Origin: Myxococcales bacterium
Lineage (GTDB): Bacteria > Myxococcota_A > Polyangia > Polyangiales > Polyangiaceae
DNA: 64,000 bases
NCBI GenBank assembly: GCA_043747615.1
Contig: JAYTOU010000091.1
Coordinates: 32,001-96,000 of the forward strand
Direction of reading: 5' to 3'
Below the pieces are notes generated by a model that saw only the letters and a program-made list of their open reading frames with translations, was not told the DNA's origin and searched no databases. Positions 1-7,442 of this stretch are shown here, piece by piece (position 1 is the stretch's first letter; each line of letters begins with the position of its first letter). The translations under genes were made by a program, and so were the position numbers.

Positions 1-66
1 CACGCGCCGCCCAAGCTCGGCGGCTCCGATGTCGTCACCGTCATGGACGCGCCCGCGCCGCGCTGA
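1..66 (+). CDS. 3' end of an unidentified CDS running in from the left edge
   Basis: Frame 1 is open from base 1 (HAPPKLGGSDVVTVMDAPAPR) to TGA at 64-66, with GC-rich third positions; too short to assign. Confidence 0.4.
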   Translation, partial: HAPPKLGGSDVVTVMDAPAPR

Positions 67-220
67 AGAGGCACTCGCCGTAACCGGAGGTCCGCTCCGT
101 CGAATCGTCTTGCGTGCAGCCAAGGGCGCCTCCCGTACACTGGACAGGCGAATGTTATAGCAGACGGCGATGCGAAGTCAGCGATGAAAAACCACCGCCA
201 ACCGCGTGTAGCCTCGAGGG

Positions 221-811
221 ATGCCCAGCACGCGACTCCTCGGCGCAATCGTCGCACTCGTCGTCGGCGGATTCTTGGTCGGCGCGTGGTTCTTCTACGC
301 AATGAACGAAGAGGTTGTTGTCGACAACACGGGAACGACGGAGGTCAGCATCTTCGTGGACGGAACGAAGGCGGGATCGATCCTCCCCAATGTCCTTGAA
401 ACGAAGCCTAGATCCATCCGCGTGACGCGTGGCAAGCACACGCTCGCGTACGCCATCGGATCCGCAGACAAACCCGTAGAGTCGACGGACGTCGAGGTCA
501 CCGATGCTCCCGTTCATCTCTACAACCCCGGCAAGACCTCTTGCTACTGGGTGTACGGCGGGGGAGCGTCGGGGCCGCGTCACGTCGAAGCCTATTACGA
601 GTTCGCGTCGATCGATGGCTGGTTCACCCCGAGCTCCGGCGGCGTGTCTCTCCAGCGCAATCGAGCCTGCGTCGCCCTCAGCGAAAAACACTGCCCCATC
701 GCGCTCCGCAACGAGCTGGTCGACTGCCAGGCGCGCGCAGCGACGGACGCCGAGCGCACACGCTGCGTCGACCAAGCGCTCGACGACTGCGCATTTCGCT
801 CGCGGCAGTAG
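221..811 (+). CDS. Hypothetical membrane-anchored protein (N-terminal TM, PEGA-like beta region, Cys-containing C-terminus)
   Basis: GAGG RBS before ATG; hydrophobic LLGAIVALVVGGFLVGAWFF; VSIFVDG...VTRGKHTL pattern; 6 Cys in the C-terminal half. Confidence 0.7.
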   Translation: MPSTRLLGAIVALVVGGFLVGAWFFYAMNEEVVVDNTGTTEVSIFVDGTKAGSILPNVLETKPRSIRVTRGKHTLAYAIGSADKPVESTDVEVTDAPVHLYNPGKTSCYWVYGGGASGPRHVEAYYEFASIDGWFTPSSGGVSLQRNRACVALSEKHCPIALRNELVDCQARAATDAERTRCVDQALDDCAFRSRQ

Positions 812-827
812 CGCTCGCCGGCGGTGG

Positions 828-2243
828 CTAGGGCCTCGACACGACCCTCGCCAGCGGAGCTTCCGCGATCCAGCGATCGATCTCGACCAGCGCTCGCTCG
901 GAGAGAGCGGCGTAGCGATCGCGCTTCTTGAGGCGGCGATTTTCGTGCGGTGGCAAGCACGCCCAGGTGATGTTCGAAGGCTGAAATCGTGGCTGAGGGC
1001 GCATCAAGTGGGTGCGAATACCACCGAGCGCGGTAGCCGCGGGGGGCGGCGTGAGAGGCTCTCCCGCAAGCACCTGGGCGAGCATCACCCCGCACAGAAA
1101 CCCGCCCGCGCAGCTCTCTACGTAGCCCTCGACGCCCGTCACCTGCCCAGCGAGAAACACATTCGGGCACGCGCGAAGTTGCATGCGCTCGTCGAGAAGA
1201 GCGGGCGCGTCGACGAACGTGTTTCGATGCACCGTCCCGAAACGCATGATCTCGCACTCCTCGAGTCCGGGGATCATCCGGAAGACCCGGGTTTGCTCGG
1301 CGTACGTCATGCGCGTTTGAAAGCCGACGAGGTTGTAGGCAGTGGCGCCCGCATCCTCCGCGCGAAGCTGCACCACCGCGAAGGGCCGCTTGCCGGTCTT
1401 TGGATCGGTAAGCCCCACCGGCTTCATCGGACCAAACGCGAGCGTCAGCTCACCGCGCTCGGCCATAACGTCGATCGGCAGACATCCCTCGAAGTAACGG
1501 ACGTCTTCGAACGAGCGAGCTTCCACTTTTTGCGCGCCGACCACCGCAGCGACGAACGCCTTGTATCCGGCTTCATCGAAGGGACAGTTCACGTACGCTT
1601 CGTCGCCGAGCGCGGTCGCATCCCGCTCGTCCTTGTGGCCGGCGGGGTGATTGAGATCGGGATCGCCCTCCCCGCCCTTTCCCCAGCGTGACTGGCGAAA
1701 GACCTTGTCCCAAAGGATGGATTCGGCGGCAACGATCGGCGCGATGGCGTCGTAGTACGCAAGGTGCGCGGCGCCGACTTTCGATGCGAGATCGGCGGCA
1801 AGCTCGTCGCCAGTGAGCGGTCCGGTCGCGAGGATCACCGGGGAGCGCCCGCTCGCCTCGGGGATGGTCATCACGACGCGGTGCTCGAGCGTGATCCGCG
1901 GATGCCCTTCGATGCGCCTGGTGACCGCCGCACCGAACACGTCGCGATCCACGGCGAGCGCGCCCCCTGCGGGGACCTTTGCTTCGTCTGCACACCTCAA
2001 GATCAGTGAGCCCGCCCGCCTCAGCTCCTCCTTGAGAAGCCCCACCGCGTTCACCAGGGCGGCCCCGCGAAGCGAGTTCGAGCACACTAGCTCGCACAAC
2101 GAGTCGGTGGTCTGCGCAGCCGTCCGCCTCACCGGCTTCTGCTCGATGAGCGTCACCTCGAAGCCGCGCTCGGCGAGTTGCCACGCGGCCTCGCACCCCG
2201 CGAGCCCACCGCCTACGATTTGGACGCGCTCCTCATCACTCAT
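828..2243 (-). CDS. trmFO: Folate/FAD-dependent tRNA (uracil-54-C5)-methyltransferase TrmFO (Gid)
   Basis: [62 protein letters not shown] motifs. Confidence 0.96.
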   Translation of the reverse strand: MSDEERVQIVGGGLAGCEAAWQLAERGFEVTLIEQKPVRRTAAQTTDSLCELVCSNSLRGAALVNAVGLLKEELRRAGSLILRCADEAKVPAGGALAVDRDVFGAAVTRRIEGHPRITLEHRVVMTIPEASGRSPVILATGPLTGDELAADLASKVGAAHLAYYDAIAPIVAAESILWDKVFRQSRWGKGGEGDPDLNHPAGHKDERDATALGDEAYVNCPFDEAGYKAFVAAVVGAQKVEARSFEDVRYFEGCLPIDVMAERGELTLAFGPMKPVGLTDPKTGKRPFAVVQLRAEDAGATAYNLVGFQTRMTYAEQTRVFRMIPGLEECEIMRFGTVHRNTFVDAPALLDERMQLRACPNVFLAGQVTGVEGYVESCAGGFLCGVMLAQVLAGEPLTPPPAATALGGIRTHLMRPQPRFQPSNITWACLPPHENRRLKKRDRYAALSERALVEIDRWIAEAPLARVVSRP

Positions 2244-2253
2244 GCGAGATCAC

Positions 2254-2670
2254 TCAATGAGTGAGGTTCAGTCCGGTGTACGTCTTCGCCACGCGAAGGA
2301 TCGCGTCGACCGAGAACGGCTTCACGATCACGTCGACGATCCCAAAGGCGGCGCGCGAGAAGTTCACGGGATGCGCCGACATCACCACCACCGGGACCTT
2401 CCTGAGATCGGGGTCGGCCATGCGCGCTTCGAGAAACTCAGCGCCCGTCATCACCGGCATGTGCATGTCGAGGATGATCAAGCTTGGCACGCCGCCGCGC
2501 CGGATCTCCTCGAGGGCGCCCGCTCCGTTGGTGGCCCAGCCGACTTCGTAGCCGGCAGCCGCCATGACCTCCACGAGCATCTCAAGGAGATCTTCGTCGT
2601 CCTCGACCACCAAGATCGTCTTGAGCTTCTCCGCGTCGAGCGGACCCCTCAGCCGTCCCTTCGAGAGCAC
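2254..2670 (-). CDS. Single-domain response regulator (receiver)
   Basis: ILVVEDDED, phosphoacceptor ILDMHMPVMTG, VVMSA, VKPF; no output domain. Confidence 0.9.
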   Translation of the reverse strand: MLSKGRLRGPLDAEKLKTILVVEDDEDLLEMLVEVMAAAGYEVGWATNGAGALEEIRRGGVPSLIILDMHMPVMTGAEFLEARMADPDLRKVPVVVMSAHPVNFSRAAFGIVDVIVKPFSVDAILRVAKTYTGLNLTH

Positions 2671-2688
2671 AGCTCGGTCTTTCGGCGA

Positions 2689-3771
2689 CTAATAACGGAT
2701 GGTGAGCGTCGCGTAGAGCTCGGAGTTTTGCCGGTAGCCGGCGTAAACGTGCGAGTTGCCGTCGTGGAGAAGAGACGTGTACCCGATCGTCGGGTCGCCC
2801 TGCGCGAAGGCAACGCTGGCGTCCGAGTGGAAGCCGAGAAACGAAGGAAGGATGTAGCGAACGAAAACTTCGCCGCCGTACGTCTGGCCAATCGGCTGCT
2901 GCGCACCGTTCGTGACGAGCAACGTGCGAACGTTCCCGGAGTTCATGGGCGCGCCGTTTCCCACGTCGTAGTACCAAAGGTACGCCACCGCGAGATCCGC
3001 GCCGACCGACAGTTGGGGATGGAACGGCAACGAGTATTCGGCAGAGAGACCGAAGCCGAGGCGATACTTCAAGTTCTGAGTGCCGCCGTCCGAGCTCTCG
3101 CGGAAGCGATCGATGTTGACCTCGCCGTAGCCGCGCGGCTCGACACGAAGGTATCTCCCGAACTCCTTTTCGAGGCTCACGTAAACGCGGGGCGACGTGA
3201 TGTTGCCCTCTTTTTGGCTTCGGAATGAGATCGGCGCCGTGACCCAGGCGCCGGGCTTCAGCGTCAGCTGCCACGGAAGCGCGATGTGACGCGTGTACTG
3301 GAGGATGAGGTCGTCCATGCGCCAACCGCTCTCGCCCGGGTCGGCGATGAAGCGCTCGAGGAGGTAACCACGAAGGCGCAGGCGATCGTTCTTGGTGAAG
3401 TCGTATTCAACGGCAGCAGCAAGTACGTTGATTTGCTTGTTGGCCGCTGCGCCGTTCAAGTCCTCCTGACGAATCAGGCGGTGGACCTCGAAGCCCGCCG
3501 AGACTTCCCACTTCTTCTGTTCGAGATCGCGCGCGTCGACCCGATCGGGATCCACGACCCTGTCGACTTCGCCGTCGTAGCCGCCAACGCTGAGTCCGGT
3601 CGAACCGCGGCCGCCCGCGCTGGCACTGGAGGATCCGCCGCCGGCACCACGTCCGCCGGCGCCGCCGCCGGCCCCGCCGCCACCCTTACCGCCCCCTTTT
3701 TCGCCAGCAGCGCTAGCGCTCCCCACGACGAGGAGCGCGGCAAGGAGAATCTTCACTGTCGTCAATCGCAT
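2689..3771 (-). CDS. Hypothetical outer-membrane beta-barrel protein with Gly-rich N-terminal linker
   Basis: Sec signal peptide (MRLTTVKILLAALLVVGSASAA), Gly/Ser linker, amphipathic alternating strands, C-terminal beta-signal-like LYATLTIRY ending in an aromatic residue. Confidence 0.75.
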   Translation of the reverse strand: MRLTTVKILLAALLVVGSASAAGEKGGGKGGGGAGGGAGGRGAGGGSSSASAGGRGSTGLSVGGYDGEVDRVVDPDRVDARDLEQKKWEVSAGFEVHRLIRQEDLNGAAANKQINVLAAAVEYDFTKNDRLRLRGYLLERFIADPGESGWRMDDLILQYTRHIALPWQLTLKPGAWVTAPISFRSQKEGNITSPRVYVSLEKEFGRYLRVEPRGYGEVNIDRFRESSDGGTQNLKYRLGFGLSAEYSLPFHPQLSVGADLAVAYLWYYDVGNGAPMNSGNVRTLLVTNGAQQPIGQTYGGEVFVRYILPSFLGFHSDASVAFAQGDPTIGYTSLLHDGNSHVYAGYRQNSELYATLTIRY

Positions 3772-3790
3772 GGCTCGCTCCGTTGACCAC

Positions 3791-3825
3791 GCGCGGATCG
3801 AGCCCGCAAAGGCCCCGACCCGCGC
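3791..3825 (-). other. Intercistronic GC-rich stem-loop (possible mRNA stabiliser or attenuator)
   Basis: Minus strand GCGCGGGUCGGGGCC-UUUGC-GGGCUCGAUCCGCGC forms ~14 pairs with one mismatch; no U-tract follows. Confidence 0.55.
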
Positions 3826-3832
3826 AGTGACG

Positions 3833-6800
3833 TCAGTTGTACTGCTGGAAGAGATCCATGAAGTACTTCACCTGACGGAGGTCGCCGTAAAGATCCGGCC
3901 CGAAGTTACCGTCGGACTCGAGCTTGATGACGTCCGTGTTGTAGTTACGAACAATGAGGTACGCGGCCGTGTTCCGGTCGCGATCGACGACCACCCACTG
4001 GTTGCGGTCCTGTACGAAGATCCAGGCGTAGCGACGATTGTCGGGGCCGAGGAACTCGTTGTAGGCGTCCGAGTGATTCAGGTCCGTCGACCTCGCCTGT
4101 TTCACGCGCGGGTCGTAAAGGCAGCTCGTCACGTCGGCGCAGGCGAACGGGGCGGGCCCCAGGTTCGATTGGGCTGACACGGTCGTGTGGAACTGGACCT
4201 GGAGCGTGCGGAAGAAGTTCAGGAAGTCCGCCTCGCGGAAGAAGACCTTGCCGCCAGTCCAATCGCGAATCTCGGTACGTCCGGAGAAGTTGACGTCGTG
4301 CGTAGCCTTCGAGAACTGCATGACGGCGAGGGGGCGTGCGAACGGGAAGACGTCGTACTGACCGCCGATCATCGAGTCGACCGCCGTCTCGGCAACGGTC
4401 TGGTACACGGGGTCGCCGAACTCGCTGCTGTACGACGACAGGTACACACCGCCGGCCTGGTCGGGATCGAAGTTGTCGACTTGCCAGATGTCCGTCCACG
4501 ACTGGAGTGCGATCAGCTTGTCGAGGAAGATGCCCTGCTGGGTCGTGTCGCCGTAAAAGTTGTCGTAGATCGTCTTGTACGGGCGCTCTCCGGAGCCCTG
4601 CTGAATGAGGGCTTCGTGGAAGGCGCCGACCATCGCGTTCGCGCCGGAGATGTCAGCGGTGAACTTGTCGACGAGCTGGTCGTAGTAGGTCGCGGCGACA
4701 GCACCCGCGGGAGGCGCGACTCCAATGCGGCGGAGCGTGTCGGTGATTTCGGAGTGGCTCCAGTCAAACGTCCACATCGGCATGAAGCGCCGCATGTCGT
4801 GGATGATTTGGGTGGGCGCGTCTGCGTAGGCGCTGAAGTCCACGAACTTCCGGTACAAGCGGAAGTTACGCCACTTGTAGTTCCATTCGTAGTCGTCGAT
4901 CTGCGCGGCGATGATCTCGCTCGGCGTGGAGCCGAAGTCGAACTGGTGGCAGAGCGGCGAGTACTGAAGGTGGTTGGCGTTGCAGAACAGGTACGCCTGC
5001 TCGGTCTTCGCGTCCGCCTTGTAGCCGTGGGGATCGTTCCAGGGCTGCGTCGGTGAGGTCTGACCGGAGATGCCGAGGGCCTTCGGGGCCTTGGGATCCG
5101 GGTTCGACTTGCTGTTGGCGTAGATGAAGGAGATGGCTCCCTGATCGTACGGGCCCCAGCCCTGCCCGCCGGACGCGTTCTTCCAGAACACGCGGTCGGG
5201 GGTGGCGTTGTATTCCATGACCGACGACTGGTACATGCCGACGTGGTCGCGGCCCTCCGCGTCCTTGTAGTGTGGGAAGTTCGGGCGATCGACCGAGGCC
5301 ATGAAGTTGTGGTCAAGGCCGATGGCGTGCCCGAACTCATGCCACACCGTGAGGGCATGGTAGCTCTGCACGAGGGAGTCGATGTACTGCTTGCGCGTCT
5401 CCCACACTCCGTTGACGCAGTGACGGGCATCGCGCTCGAACACCTGCATAAGGGAGATGAGGCCGGCGTCGTCGAACTGCGCCGTGCCGTGGTTGAAGTT
5501 CTTCATGTACATCGCCCGATTGTGATCGAGCTGCGCGCGGTGGAGCTTGTCGAGGAACTGCGCTCCGCTGGCGAGGCCGGTCGCACCGAGGCTGGTGTCG
5601 TAGGGAACGACGCCGTGATCGAGGTCCGCCATCAGATTGTGGAAGTCGGTGTTCTTGGCGCGCGCCTGGAACTGCGCGGTCGGCCCGAACGCCGCTTTTC
5701 CGCCTTCCGGCGTGACGAAGAAGTTCGCCGCGGGGTCCGCGTAGAGTTGGTACGGGATCATCTGGAAGTACGCGTTGAAGAAGTCGGCGTCTTGGGGGAC
5801 GACGAAGTCCTGCGGACCGAGCTTGCCGAACACAGCGGCCGGCTTCTGCAGGTACTCTTGCATCTTCGCGTAGATGGTCGATCGCCCGTTGTGGTTGAGC
5901 GCAGTGACCGCGGGGTCGAAGGGAATCACGTCCCCGTCTTTGCAGTTCGCGGGGCCGGGCGGCCACTCACCGGTAACGGGGTCGAGCGCCATCTGCGCGC
6001 CAATCGACTCGAGGTAGAAGTCGAGACGGGTGGTGACGCGATCCGTCAGCTGGAAGGCCGCGATGTTTACCGACGACGAGATGAGCTCTCCCGTGCGTGG
6101 ATCGGCAACGAACTGGGTGACGCCGATGAAGGGGCTGCCCGTGTCGATGTCTTCTTCCCAGCGAATGAAGTTGTACCGAACATCGCCGAACGTTCGCGGG
6201 TGGCCGCAGAAATTCCCGCCGCCCTTGGAGTCTTTCAAACAGACTTGTCCGGGGGCAATGCCGCCAGCGGGGGTGCACGCCGCAGGCATGGCCATGGGAT
6301 CGCAATCCGGCGCGCCGTCGGGACGAACCATGTCCGCATCGAAGTTCTTGACTGATAGGCGGATGTCCGCCTTCGCATCGGCGAAGAGAGCATTCGTCTG
6401 ATAGACGATCCCGTTAGGATCCGTGAACATCGCCTTGTACTGCTCGGGGTACCCTGGAGCGAAGTAGTAGACGAGGGGCTTCTTGGGGTTGAAGCGGTTC
6501 GCCAGCTGCCGCGCACCCACGAGGCCCGTTGCGTCATCGCGAGCGATGGCGATCGTGTCGATCGTGCCGTACTTGCGGCGAATCGGGTCTTTTTCGGCGA
6601 TTTCCAGGGGCACGTACGCCGTCGGCGACATGGTGTCGAGGGGGGTCGCGCGGGTCATCGAGTAGAGGATGTTGAACGTCGTCGCTCCGCGGGGCAGCTT
6701 GTTCGCAAGATCCGCCGCTTGCGCGCCGTACGTGCAGCCGGCGTTGGCCACGCTCGAGAACGGCAGCGTTACCTGAACCGACCACTGGATGTAGTTGCTC

Positions 6801-7417
6801 GCCTCGTCGACCTGGAACGAATCCGGCACGAGGGTCGAGAACGCGTTCGCGGCGTCCGCGCACTGGTTGAGAACGGCCGCTGCCGCAGGTCCGAGGGCGG
6901 CGAGGTCGTTGACGCTATTCTTCCCGAGGTTGACCTTGATGTACTGGCGCTGCTGCCAGTCGAGCTCCTGGTTTTCCTCGATGAAGTTCGTTTTTTCGCC
7001 GTCGAGATTCACGCGGTACTTGATGTCCACGTTCGTTGCCGGCCACGCGTTCAGGATTTCGGGGGTTCGCGTCGCCTGGCTTTTCGAACCCTCCGAGAGC
7101 TCGCGGAGGTTGATGACCTCGAGTGTGTCGGAGGTGACGCTGAAGCGGACGTACTGGGTACCTTCCGCGCCGGTGAACAAGTTGAGCTCGGCGTACGGAT
7201 TCGGCGTGGTGGTCGACTGGATCGTTGCCTTCATGAACCAGCCCGGGTCTTGCGCCGTCGCGTCCGGTGGTTGGACGAGGAACGCCTTCCGGAGGTACTG
7301 GCTCTCGTTGAAGACGCCGTTACGCGACGGACGGTCGGCGACGCAACCCATGGCAACCGAGCTGCCGATGGCGAGCACGCCTACTGCGAGAAATGCACGA
7401 AGAGTATTTTTAGTCAT
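3833..7417 (-). CDS. Large lipoprotein zinc metalloprotease, metzincin clan
   Basis: Lipobox-like VAMG-C after a hydrophobic signal; HEFGHAIGLDH (HExxHxxGxxH, ~5309-5341); Met-turn SSVMEY. Confidence 0.88.
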   Translation of the reverse strand: MTKNTLRAFLAVGVLAIGSSVAMGCVADRPSRNGVFNESQYLRKAFLVQPPDATAQDPGWFMKATIQSTTTPNPYAELNLFTGAEGTQYVRFSVTSDTLEVINLRELSEGSKSQATRTPEILNAWPATNVDIKYRVNLDGEKTNFIEENQELDWQQRQYIKVNLGKNSVNDLAALGPAAAAVLNQCADAANAFSTLVPDSFQVDEASNYIQWSVQVTLPFSSVANAGCTYGAQAADLANKLPRGATTFNILYSMTRATPLDTMSPTAYVPLEIAEKDPIRRKYGTIDTIAIARDDATGLVGARQLANRFNPKKPLVYYFAPGYPEQYKAMFTDPNGIVYQTNALFADAKADIRLSVKNFDADMVRPDGAPDCDPMAMPAACTPAGGIAPGQVCLKDSKGGGNFCGHPRTFGDVRYNFIRWEEDIDTGSPFIGVTQFVADPRTGELISSSVNIAAFQLTDRVTTRLDFYLESIGAQMALDPVTGEWPPGPANCKDGDVIPFDPAVTALNHNGRSTIYAKMQEYLQKPAAVFGKLGPQDFVVPQDADFFNAYFQMIPYQLYADPAANFFVTPEGGKAAFGPTAQFQARAKNTDFHNLMADLDHGVVPYDTSLGATGLASGAQFLDKLHRAQLDHNRAMYMKNFNHGTAQFDDAGLISLMQVFERDARHCVNGVWETRKQYIDSLVQSYHALTVWHEFGHAIGLDHNFMASVDRPNFPHYKDAEGRDHVGMYQSSVMEYNATPDRVFWKNASGGQGWGPYDQGAISFIYANSKSNPDPKAPKALGISGQTSPTQPWNDPHGYKADAKTEQAYLFCNANHLQYSPLCHQFDFGSTPSEIIAAQIDDYEWNYKWRNFRLYRKFVDFSAYADAPTQIIHDMRRFMPMWTFDWSHSEITDTLRRIGVAPPAGAVAATYYDQLVDKFTADISGANAMVGAFHEALIQQGSGERPYKTIYDNFYGDTTQQGIFLDKLIALQSWTDIWQVDNFDPDQAGGVYLSSYSSEFGDPVYQTVAETAVDSMIGGQYDVFPFARPLAVMQFSKATHDVNFSGRTEIRDWTGGKVFFREADFLNFFRTLQVQFHTTVSAQSNLGPAPFACADVTSCLYDPRVKQARSTDLNHSDAYNEFLGPDNRRYAWIFVQDRNQWVVVDRDRNTAAYLIVRNYNTDVIKLESDGNFGPDLYGDLRQVKYFMDLFQQYN

Positions 7418-7442
7418 GATGGTTCTCCGATATCTCGCAGAA

